From: Macrostomum lignano
Taxonomy: Eukaryota
Assembly: GCA_002269645.1 (NCBI GenBank)
Contig: NIVC01002235.1
Location: forward strand, 124,001 to 188,000
Reading direction: 5' to 3'
DNA: 64,000 bases
Shown here: positions 24,857 to 36,734 of the stretch, one piece after another
How the letters are laid out: each line of letters begins with the position of its first letter
Position numbering within the stretch: the first letter of the stretch is position 1
The notes under the pieces: model-generated
Databases searched by the model: none
Told to the model about the DNA's origin: nothing
Seen by the model: the letters and a program-made list of their open reading frames with translations, nothing else
Position numbers and translations under genes: made by a program

Positions 24857-25914
24857 AGCTTCACTTTATTGTAAAGCTTATAAATTTACAAATATATACC
24901 TGTTGAACAGACTAGGTAAGAACTTTTTATGAATGGAACTCTGCACTGTCTTGCAATACCGATCTTATTGACTCAGTTTTAATACTACACTGACTTTTTT
25001 GAGACCCAATTTAAATGTATAACCAGATTTTAGCTCACATATGAATTGCATAGAAAACTGACTTAATTATGGCGCACCTTTTATGTTCTACCCAATGACG
25101 CTGACTCTACTTTGTTTGTTTAGAAGTGCAAGACCTTGCTATAATGAGTCTTGTAAGGAAACTATATTACTCGTATGTAAAAACCTATTTTATTTAAAAT
25201 AATACAACTAATTTTTATCAACGTTCAAACTTAGCAAGCGATTTCTAAGAACTAGAAAATCAATAAAAAGAAAATATTTGGATTTTTCGGTTCAATCATT
25301 TTCGGAATTTTTTGCAGCAAGATAAAATTGCAGCCATAGAGAGGGTTTACTCTTGTCATAAACCGAGCTTGCTTCTGGGCACGTGAGTGGAATGAGAGGC
25401 AGAAATGAAATGAAATGGTACCAGTATGCGACTTTTAGTCTGAACCTGTGACAGGCAGGCTGATAGCTGCATGGTCATCACTTTATCCCACCCCAAATGA
25501 TTGCTGTCGCATCGACTGAATCTATCAATTTGGGAAGCTTTCCAGCTCCCGCTGTTGCATGGACAGCTCTATTATTCATGAAGAATGTGGAATTGCAGTT
25601 GGGAAGCTATAAAAATGAAATAATAGAGGCGACTGTTGAGAACGATGCCTTTTAGTTTAGTCAGTTTAGTCCATTTTGTTGGACTAAAATTTTTGTTTCT
25701 ACATAGAAGAGCATAACTCATAAAGCACACAAAATTCAAGTATATGATAGAACTATCTGTTGTGCAGCCATCCAAAGTTGACGGGCTCTGATAATTTTTA
25801 GATATTCAATTGTAGCTTACGATTAATAAGGACCAAAAAGGCTTGGAATTTTTACTGTTACTGTATTCTACAAGTCTTCTTAAGTTTATCTAACTGTAGG
25901 TAACTCTAGAGGGG

Positions 25915-26020
25915 GTTGTAGCCTAATGTGTGTGGCGACCCCCCAGTCTTTGGACTGAACAGCCGTACGCAAGCTTCAAGATGCGCCGCGCAATAGCTGC
26001 GGCTGGGCTGTCGGTTGCAT
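25915..26020 (+). mobile_element. SINE family A, 3' fragment
   Basis: GTGTGTGGCGACCCCCAGTCTTTGGACTGAACAGCCGTACGC...CAATAGCTGCGGCTG matches 11825-11920. Confidence 0.75.
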
Positions 26021-27859
26021 ATCTGCCTATTATAGGGCAGGTGTAATCAAATATTGTTATAAGAATGTAACTCGTATCGTTTTCAAATACTCGTAAGTAT
26101 AACAAGACGTACATGTAGCCAGCTAAACCCCGTACAGCAATCTAACGGGTGTCAAAATGTTGCGCGGGAAAGTGAAGTACTTATGGTTGTCTCGGGGTTG
26201 TCTCGAGGTGGCCTGGTAGGTCTTTGAATCCCACCGCTGCCACCAATGTTGTACCTGTGCTTCTCCTGCTGTCTAGCACAGTGATTTGGGCTCTCCGTCT
26301 TCTCAACCGGAAGCTTTCTAATATTAGCTCTTAGTAGCGTAGGTAGTGCTGCCACCAGTTCCTTCAGGTCTCGGCCTTCAGTGAGGTGAGCTTCCCGTCG
26401 GAACGAAATAAACAAGTCAACGAACTCAGCACAGCGTGCAGATTTGCAGATTAATGAACAAGGCGTCCTGGTCAGCAGATCCCGCCGGGCTCAGGGGCTG
26501 GGAAGGCAGTGTTAGTCTCCCTTAGGCTTAGGCGTCTAAGTTTAGTCAGGCCAATGGGCAAAACTGAACGGAGTCTGGAAAACTAGACTAAAGAAGAACA
26601 ACAAGAAGACAATAAGAAGACTAATTCGACAACTACGAGTAGGAGACTAAGAAGACAAATTCTTGACTGAACCAAGGGTGAGGGGCACGTATTTATAGGC
26701 AGGAAATCCCCGCTGCACCAGTGTGCGCCGGACCTCCTGACTCTGTTCTATTTTAGAACTGACGTCACTCTCTGCCTTAGAGAAGGCAGGCTCTGCGGGT
26801 AAAGTGCACAGAGTGCATGGCTCATAATCTATTTTTAGAAACATGAGTCACCTATTACCTTAGAGAAGGCAAGGGCCCCGAAGCACGTGATTCCTCCTGT
26901 AAACACGGGCCAACGAATGCAGTAAACATGTTTACTGCACTTTAGGACTTCGCGAAAACAAGACTTGTCAGGTGACTTGCTCACATGACAAGGAAAACAG
27001 GCCGCCAGCGTGACCTCAGGACAGAAACGAACCGCAGAGCAGGCCACAGCAGAGAAGCTCGTGGCTGCAAGCAAGAGCGCAAAGAAGAGGGGGGCGCCAG
27101 AGAACAGGCAGCAAAAAGGGAGGGAGGCTGCCCAGCGGCAGACAGCAACCCAGGGCGAGGGCGAGGGCGAAGGAAGCTGCTGACAATAGTGCGACGCCGA
27201 ACACCAAACTAGCAGATCACTACAAAAGTAATATCGTAGCTAGGTCGCTTAACCTCATAAATCCCGAAATTTCGATACGTCAAAGACAACATAATTCACA
27301 AGCTCGAAATCTTATAAACTTGAAGGTTAAAAGTCTCGAAGTTGCCTCTCCAATTTTGCTTAAAAATCATCGAAATCGATTAAAGAGCTTGCGGAAGCGA
27401 CTATTATAGTAAGACTCTTGGACGATGTGAACTTTAAGCTTGAAAAATGGGAAGATGGTTGCGGGACTGTCAAATGCAATATGATGCGAAACATTCGGGA
27501 AACCCCGCTATTGTAGATAGCCATGTAGCTACTAGCTAGTATACATTGTTACTTTTGTGTATTGTGCCAAAATTGTGTCAATTTTGGACATGAAACAAAG
27601 CGAACTCTGGAATTTATTTGTACAAGTCCATTAAAAGCTTCGTCCGTGTTAAAGATAAACGAAAGAAAAATAGATTTGGCATATGCTATTGAAATTTATT
27701 TTTTACGCACATAAACAACAATTTCATCTGAGAAGTAAATATATGTAAATCTAAGCTGAATCTCTGATTTACAGTGTTACTTTTAAAAAAATATTTCACG
27801 ATGTGAATTACTACGGTAGCTAAAATCAATATAATACCCGGTTGAAAATAAATCAGGAT

Positions 27860-28535
27860 TGGCCCACTAAAATTGGCCCACTGATCGGCCACTTCGTGTC
27901 CCAAAAGCCCACTGAAAAAGCCCGCTTATTTTTACAAATCATGCTCGGCCCACTGCTCGGCCCACTGCTAGGCGCCCACTGCTCGGCCCACTGACGGCCC
28001 ACTGAAATGAAGCCCACTGATCGGCCCACTGACGGCCCACTGAAATGAAGCCCACTGATCGGCCCACTGACGGCCCACTGAAATGAAGCCCACTGATCGG
28101 CCCACTGACGGCCCACTGAAATGAAGCGCACTGATCGGCCCACTGCTCGGCCCACTGACGGCCCACTGAAATGAAGCCCACTGATCGGCCCACTGCTCGG
28201 CCCACTGACGGCCCACTGAAATGAAGCCCACTGATCGGCCCACTGCTCGGCCCACTGACGGCCCACTGAAATGAAGCCACTGATCAGCCCACTGCTCGTC
28301 CCACTGATCGGCCCACTGAAATGAAGCCCACTGATCGGCCCACTGAAATGAAGCGCACTGATCGGCCCACTGCTCGGCCCACTGACGGCCCACTGAAATG
28401 AAGCCACTGATCAGCCCACTGCTCGGCCCACTGCTCGGCCCACTGAAATGAAGCCCACTGATCGGCCCACTGAAATGAAGCCCACTGATCGGCCCACTGA
28501 AATGAAGCGCACTGATCGGCCCACTGACGGCCCAC
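27860..28535. repeat. GCCCACTG-based array (candidate left subterminal repeats)
   Basis: Units such as GGCCCACTGATC, GGCCCACTGCTC and GCCCACTGAAATGAA; inverted CAGTGGGC copies at 31255-31385. Confidence 0.9.
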
Positions 28536-28739
28536 TATACAACAATTTACAATGTGAAGTGTTACATATTGTTACAATGTAACAACGTGCACTCATTTGT
28601 GTCCAGTCTCAAATATAAAATTGTAACCCCTGACTGATGGGCATTTTGTTTGACTATATTTATATACGCCTTAGACGTTGGACGTCTTAGGCACGAAGTC
28701 GAAAATTTGAACTTTAAAACTTAAAAACTTTAAAATGAG

Positions 28740-30233
28740 TCACAGGTCATCATCTGACGAATCGTTACTGTCGCCGTCGACTCCGTCGCCACCGCCGCCG
28801 CTACCGCCGCCGCCGCCGCCACCGCCGCCGCTTGCAGTTGGAAGCAGTGCTGTCGACGGATCTGAGCAAGTTGGCTCGCTCGCCTTTTTTGAGCTGCGGT
28901 TCCGGCGGGTTCTGGCAGTGCGGCGGAAGACTCTGCCTAATTCGGCATCCTGTATGACGCATCTGTCGGCCTCTTCAAGTTTGCTGACGAGGTACGCCTT
29001 TATGGCCGCCTTTTTCGAGCTGTCTGGCTCAATCCGGTTGGCAGACTTGGCAGTATTGGTCTGACGACCAGCCCAGGATGCGGTCTTGAAGTCCGCATCG
29101 GAACAGACAGCCGATATAACGAGCCGAATGGCTCGCCTGCGACTCTTCTGATTCCTTGGTGCTTGCCTCAGTCCTTTCGTGGCAGCATCCAACTCGGGCA
29201 GGTCGGACCGGCGAACCAGTATTGTAGGAAATTCAGCCATCAGTGGTACACGACGGTCGCTGGACGAGGCACATGCTGAGGTGATCGACGACGAAAAAGT
29301 ACTAATAGCTAAGGCTATAGACTGATTGAGAAAATCACCGCCAATACGCGCCGACCCTGAGCTGATTTGCTCACGCGCCGATCCTGAGCCGCCTGTCCGC
29401 CTCATCGCGGCGTCCAGGTCCAGGCGTCCAGGCGTCCAGACATTCGGCGTCCAGGTTTCAGCAACGCGAACGCGTCTGCAGGTAGGCGTCTGCAGGCTCC
29501 GACCCAAGTGACGCCGCCGATTTTAACAGGTTGTTGTGCGACGCTCACTAAACAGTTGGATGTACGCAGCTAAGGAGTCGTGAGTCAATGCAGAGCCCGC
29601 AAACACTGCAGCCCCATTCCTCCCTCCTGGCTGCATGGCGACCTCAGCAGCACCAGCATCATCATCAGCATCATCGTCATCACAGCCACATGGATCTAGA
29701 TCTTCGGCAGACATAGGTGCACCGCCCCAATAGTCGTCATCCTGGGCAAGGTCGCCATCTGGATCAACAACAATGTGCTGTACATCTTCATCATCGGAGT
29801 AGTTCGAGCCAACAGGCTCAATTGTCTTCTGCATCGTGACACCGCCAGTCTCACTGGGCGCTCGTGCATTGCTGCCCGTAGCTAAATTGCCACTGTCTTC
29901 GTCGGGATCAACGACAATAGGCTGCTCATCAGATCCAGCAGGCTCCACCGCCCCCGACTACATGTGGACACTGCAGGTCGTGTCGGCGGCACTGCTGCCG
30001 TTAGCCGCACTGCTACCTGACGCCAGCGGCTTGGTCGTACCAGCAGGCTCCACCGCACGCGCATAAGCTTGACGACCGTTACCAGTAGCAGCAGGTGGTA
30101 ACTGAAGTGTGTTCGCCAATGATTTGCGTACTCGACTAAAGCCACGAGCGATGGACCGTGACTTTTTGTCCAGTTCTCGGAGTTGTTCGAGCGACTTTAA
30201 ATGAAAATTAGGGTTAAGAATCCGTTGGAGCAT
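28740..30233 (-). pseudogene. Interrupted ORF with a BEN-like domain near its C-terminus, possibly transposon-borne
   Basis: ORFs 30233-29958 and 29948-29523 are in one frame separated by a TAG. The 29507-28740 ORF contains RRAIRLVISAVCSDADFKTASWAGRQ...EPDSSKKAAIKAYLVSKL...FRRTARTRRNR, resembling a BEN-domain pattern. Confidence 0.45.
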
Positions 30234-30453
30234 GCAATGCGTACAATACAGGTCTAAATGAAGACAGGGTTTTAGAACCTGCAGAACTATCTATAATACT
30301 GTAGAATGAACTGGACAGACAGATATACGTGGACACGCACCTCAAGATACATCCAGACAAAAGTAGACAGACGGACCGACAGAACTAGATGCACATCAAG
30401 ATATAGGGAAGGATAGGTAGATAGGTGGACAGATGGATAATAGACAGATGATG

Positions 30454-31041
<588 letters not shown>

Positions 31042-32254
31042 ATTCTGATTCTGATTGGCATAAACCAGTCACTGTTTACTTATAAAATGTAGAAAGTGGT
31101 CTGAACATGACCACTGGTGTGTGCCGCATAACATGTGCCGCTGAGAAGCACAGTACGCTATTCTAGCAAACCTTGCTGATAGTTAAAGTTACAGACTAGG
31201 GCTGGGCCTTGTCTTGTGCAAGCAGTATCAAATAAAGTGTCATTCAGTGACGGCCTTCAATTCAGTGGGCCATGCACCAGTGGGCTGACCAGAGGGCTTC
31301 AGTTCAGTGGTCCGTCAATGGGCCACATCAGGCCACCTGTGGGCTGATCAGTGGGCCTCTGAGAGGGCCGCACTTTGGCCGCAGTGCCAGAAAATTCTTT
31401 GGCGAAATCTTTGCAATTTATTGTCTTAACACAAGTTTGGAAGAAACGAAAAACAGATGAATAAAAATGTAGATAAATGTTTTCAAAAATTGGCAGCGTG
31501 GGAGGAATGTATAAATATATTTTTGGCTATGATTTTTAGAGAATCAAAAAGGCCACCATAGTCGATCGCGAACACCATGCAATTTTGATAGATTAGTCAT
31601 ATATAATATTTTAGAACATGCAACGTGCCATTTTAATTCAGCGAGTTAATGAAAAAAAGTTGATCAAAAATTTCCGATGCTTAACGCATGAAATTTGGTA
31701 TTGGAAGGATTCGAAAAAATGAAAGTAACAATGCTTTCATTAATTTGAAGAAAAGTGAAAAAAATTACTTAGATTTCAAACCTCAAGAAACGTAAAACTT
31801 GCTGAAAAAATATTGTTTGCTTTGGACGTTAGCTTTGTTTAATATGATCTGTGTAGGGCCTAGATTGATTTCATAATAAAGACACGACTCCCTATACGTC
31901 ACGAATCTATATTCACCTAACTGATCACATTCATCTAACTATGAATTATATACATCCTACATGTTCATCATTCAAACTTACTCCTAGCTACATATAACAT
32001 CAAGCCAGAGGTCATCCACTGGTAGCATCTTAGAAACCACTTGGCTTAAGTAAACTTAAAATCAGACAAATAAACTCTCTTCTTTGGGGAATAGGTCATC
32101 ATGTTACTAACAGTAGCTTATTCAAAAAATTACGAGCTCGTAGTAAAGTTTGATACTTTCAGAAGCAATTCTTTAAAAATTTCCATCTTACCATGCTGGA
32201 TATTGTACTTTAGTAAAGTTTCTGCGAGTGTACATATTTGATGCGTTCAAAAAA

Positions 32255-35200
32255 TCAAAACTTTGGAAAGAAGAGCAGCTTTCGTAGTGTAGACTTATAG
32301 CACGGTATCTGCCAGTTATCAGTCTCATTAAAAACATCTGATGTCACCTTGGGCAGTAAATGTGTGAACTCTACTGGCGAATCCGGACTGTCATCGCTGT
32401 AAGCCTCAAGAACTGAGTCTTTGAACTTTTGAATGAACACGGTACCTGTGTTGCGATTACGATCTGACATGTCACACTCAACGACGCTGTAGATATAAAG
32501 CGAGTCCTCATTCTTACAGGAATTTCCAAGACCGTGGCAAACTGGGAGTGTTATCTCCCGTGGGACGTGACGACAGGCCTGTGTAATGAAAATCTTCGGT
32601 TTTCCTTCCAGCCATTTGTGAATTTGAATGCGCCCGAAAAGTTTGTCTAATTTGACTTCAGCTCCGTCTGACGAGTACACGGAGCCTAGGAAACCATGCG
32701 ACATGATGCACAGCAAGAACGCAGTGCAATTTTTGTACTCGTCCTCCGTGAATAATATTCTCAGCTCTCTGACCTCATCGAAAAAGGCTCTGCCCACGTC
32801 TCGTAACAGATGATACTTAAAACCCAGCTTTTGCAGACTCAGGGGCAAGCAGTCGAGCTCATCGTCTCTCTCAGCCCCGACGCGTGTTTGAAGTCGTGCA
32901 GGATCGTTAAATATGATATTGTTGATCACAATGGCCAATCGATCATCTGAGTTGCCAACGTCGTATCGTTGCCTTTGAGTAGCTGTCGCCCCACCAGAAG
33001 ATGCTGAGCCACCCGCAGTTCCCTGCGCAGATCCGCCAGCAGAACCTCCAGCTGAGGCGCCAACACCACCTGCTGAGTTGTCCGGGTCCTCTGGATTTTC
33101 ATGATCCAAATAGACTTGGCCTTGATTGGTTTGATTCGTCAGTTGTCTAATGCTGAAAGTTTTTAAATCGTCGTAAATGTACATTCAAAAAAACTTTATT
33201 TTTGGCAAGTCTTATTTAAGCATCACAAAACTCACCACTCTCGAATAAAAGCTGCACACTCCCAATGCTTGCCCAGCTCCGCCCACTGCAGGCTTGTTCT
33301 CTTGTACTCTCCAACAACTTCCCAATATTGTAGGCTATCGATGCGCTCACTCAGAACCTTCAAAACCTCCTGACAGCCCTGTCGAGCGGCCCAAATAACT
33401 GGTGTATTACCAAATCGATCAGCAGGTCTGATGCTGGATCCGGAGTCAAGCAATATTTTCACCACTTTAGCGAAGTTATTTTTCGCTGCATGCGTCAAAG
33501 CGGTGTAGCCAAGCCGATCCTGTAAAAATTGTTGTGTCTCCAGCTTGTTTGCGTATTTTAAGTGTGTAATTGCAATTTTCTCGTGAACTCACCTCGAGAT
33601 TGAGATCTGCATCCATCTGTAGCAGCTCTGAAACTACTTCATCATGGCCAGAGTGAGCTGCGAGCATCAAAGGCGTCTGTCGCATGTTATCGGGCCTGTT
33701 CGTCTCAATCTGCAGTACGTTTTCGTCCAGAATTCGCCGAAACACTTTCACCGGTTGCAGGTGGCCGAGAAAGCTCGCCCAACTCAGGGCGGATCTGCCT
33801 GATACGTCGCAAATCGAGACGACTGCTGGGGCCTTTTCTAATAGCTTCTCGACTATGTCGCTTCTGTTCTTCTTGGCAGCAATTACCAGCAGCGTCTCCT
33901 TAAATGGCGGCAGCTGAATACTTAAGTCCGATGAGCTGTGAACGTGACGATTAAGATCTTCATCACTCCAATCTTGTGGTCTCCTGTAAAATGAACAAAT
34001 GATGCTACAGAGATAATTGTAAAATGTACCTTTGATCCGTGTTATTTTCATTGAAAAAAATACTTTAGTCACTAACCTTCTTGCAGGTTTCGTCGTGTAC
34101 TCATTCAGTACAAGGTTCTTTAGCTTATTTCTCAAACGTTCAACATTATCCCAGTCTCTTGTGTCGAATGCCAGACGATTTTCGGTTAGTATAGTTTCCA
34201 TTTTGGCTAGACAGAACTGTACTTGCTTCTTAGAGCTGCTGTAATGAGCGATGGTCATGTGCTCTTCAAAGTCAGGGTACTCCTGTAATTGCGAAAACCA
34301 GGCATCAATTTCGCTGTTTGTAACTCCTAACAGCTCGGCTCTCAGGCTCCACGCGAGGCAGCAGAAGTTCACGTACAGATGAGGGCTTCCCGTCCGAGAT
34401 TTTCGAATAACAAGCAGGTTTCTGGTAAATTCTGGCAGGCATGAGAAATCCGCAACTTCTGAAGGACAGGGAAGACAGAATCGCCATGCCCAATCAGTGT
34501 CCTGAAACACTTGATGCATCTTTTCAATTTGATCTGGCTTCCAGCTTCGCATCACTGTGTGGTTGTCGAGTCCTTTCAGCACTTCTTTTGCGGCTTCTAA
34601 GTCTTCAACTTTATGTAGCAGAAGAATCTTCAAACAAGCTACTGAAGTCTTGCACCAAGTCAGGTTCTCTAGAGGCTTTAAGAGTGCCATGGCATCATCA
34701 GCCTTGTCCGAAAACTGTTCAAAGTAGCTACGAACCACATCGTACAGCTTTCCGAATGTAGAGACGCTGATATCTGGGTTTCCTTCAGTCTGCAACGGGT
34801 TCAAGGCTTGCAGTGGAACCATTGTAAATGGATGAAAATAGAAATTTTCATTCTGCAGCGGCTTCAGCTGGTGCTGCAGCCTTTTTACGACAGCTTCAGC
34901 TACGTTAGTTGTGCAAAGTCGCATGAGCTGGTCTCGAACTCTCGATTTCGTTTGCTGAAAGTCGCCACCAACACCAGCATTGGTGAAGTACAGAGGGCTG
35001 TCCGGGAGAAAAAAACTCGGCATACATATGTCCGGATCGGGATTGGAGTCGATGAACTCGAGTAGTTTGTCGAGCGACTCGTTTAAAAGCCAAATTAAGT
35101 TGTCTGGCCTCCAAATTTGTTCATCAAAACCGTGCTTATGAAGTAAGTAAAGCAGCAATGTCTTGGCGTGGTACGTCTTGAGACCCGCTGTAGCGACTTG

Positions 35201-35905
35201 ACCAGATACAAATATTTTGAGTACGAACTTCATGAGGATGTAAAGTTGACCTTGACAATCAGTTAAACTCCTCATGATGGCTTTTTCCAGAAAGCTGAAA
35301 CTAACCCGAAGTTCGTGGTCAGCAGTGGGTCTGGCTGTTCGAACCAGATGCAAAGGCGATACGTTTGCTTCAAAGCAGCCACGAATAACTGTCTGCTCAG
35401 CAATCGAGTTGGAGCAGCATGGATTGGCAAAGCAGAAGCTCTCAGCCGGCTTGGAGCCGCATTCTGCAGCAGTCATAGCTGGTTCACTTCCTGGAAGAGT
35501 TTTAAAATACGCAGCGCGTCACTACATGTAGTTAGTAAAATAAAATATAAAAATTAATTTAAGTCAGAGTCTCTCCTTCTCTGTGGCCTTACCAATGGTA
35601 GCATCCACTTGGACATAACCTTGTTTAACTTCAAATCTGGTTTTCTTCACCGCTTTGCAGCTGCATCCATTGAGTAAATGCATTGGCTCTCGAGGCCCGA
35701 CAAGACATGTCCAATTCATGTCACAATCATCCGACGCTTGGCCATTTAGCTGGGTCAGACTGGAACCCCATCCCTCAGCGAAGCTTCCTACCAAGTGAAT
35801 GTATTCATTGTTCTCGTGAATTTGCCTGACGATATCCTCCATCGAGTCCGCCATTTTTTGCTGCAGTTTAGCTCTCTGCCAAGTGAATCCAGCTTCTTTC
35901 AGCAT
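32255..35905 (-). CDS. Mab-21/cGAS-like domain + ankyrin repeats + caspase fusion protein, 1099 aa
   Basis: Exons 35905-35593, 35490-34077, 33983-33593, 33519-33236, 33152-32255; GT-AG, phases 1/2/0/2, total 3300 nt. Mab-21: LVGSFAEGWG..DDCDMN, LRVSFSFLEKAIMRSL, LYILMKFVLK, GLKTYHAKTLLLYLL, CMPSFFLPD. About six ANK repeats (GRSALSWA, QTPLMLAA, GYTALTHAA, GNTPVIWAA). Caspase: LAIVINN, TRVGAERD, LCIMSHGFLG, KPKIFITQACRH, SDRNRNTGTVFIQ. Confidence 0.85.
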
Positions 35906-36304
35906 CTTGTGAAGAGCAATGCTTTTTTAGGCGTCAGCTTCCATTCTAAAATTGAGGAATTTTTCATTCAACAAATGGACAACTATAAGGAATCTGTTAG
36001 TTACAAATAAATTAAGGGAAGCAAGCTGTGCAGTTAGGACAGATTGGGACGCAGCATTGACTTAAGTATCTATTCTGAAGCTCTGAAAATTGGAAATGCT
36101 TCTAGTAAATTTGAATAGCAGAACAGTCCTATCTAGAAAATTTTAGGATCTTAATTTGGCCCCCATATATAAATGTTAGCTATCTAGTGTACCGATCAAT
36201 TTGTGCTCGTACCTACCTATATGGCTCACTATATTAAGCCAAGCACTTACATGCATTGTTGCAGATAATAAAAATCGACTACACCTACCCTAATAGGGCA
36301 TAAA

Positions 36305-36545
36305 TGCAGCCCAGCTCAGCCGCAGCTATTGCGCGGCGCACCTGAAGGCCGTGTACCGCTGTTCAGTCCAAGGACTGGGGGTTGTCGCCACACACACCCT
36401 CAATTACCCCAGCTGACGCCTAGTGGTTAGAGCGACTAACTCACGACTGAAAGGTCGGAGGTTCGATTCTCAACCCATTCGGAACATTTTGTGTCCCTCA
36501 GCAAGACACTTAACTCTTGCATTTCTTCAGTCCACCCAGCTGTAA
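36305..36545. mobile_element. SINE family A copy with inverted 5' half
   Basis: 36305-36415 is the 3' half on the minus strand; 36416-36545 is the tRNA head plus central domain on the plus strand. Confidence 0.7.
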
Positions 36546-36734
36546 AAGATATTGAAGAACAATAAACATACTTTTACCACACTTACGGCTGCTCCAACGA
36601 GAAGTAGGATGTATGCAAGACTCTGTACTTGAAGTATTCGCTGAAATATAGCATAGCTCACGGTTAAAACGCAAAGTTTTTGGAATTCTAAAATGTAACG
36701 ATACTGGTAATTCACCAACGCAAGTCCAATGCAA

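Noticed and set aside
26152-27230. Possible gag-like ORF and TATA-containing LTR
   Set aside because: Similarity too weak by eye; no paired LTR, PBS or pol sequence.
33984-34076. Read-through segment LVTKVFFSMK...CSFY within the 666-aa track ORF
   Set aside because: A 93-nt GT-AG intron with a pyrimidine tract that happens to be open. The ORF tail after 33593 is likewise intronic or out of frame.
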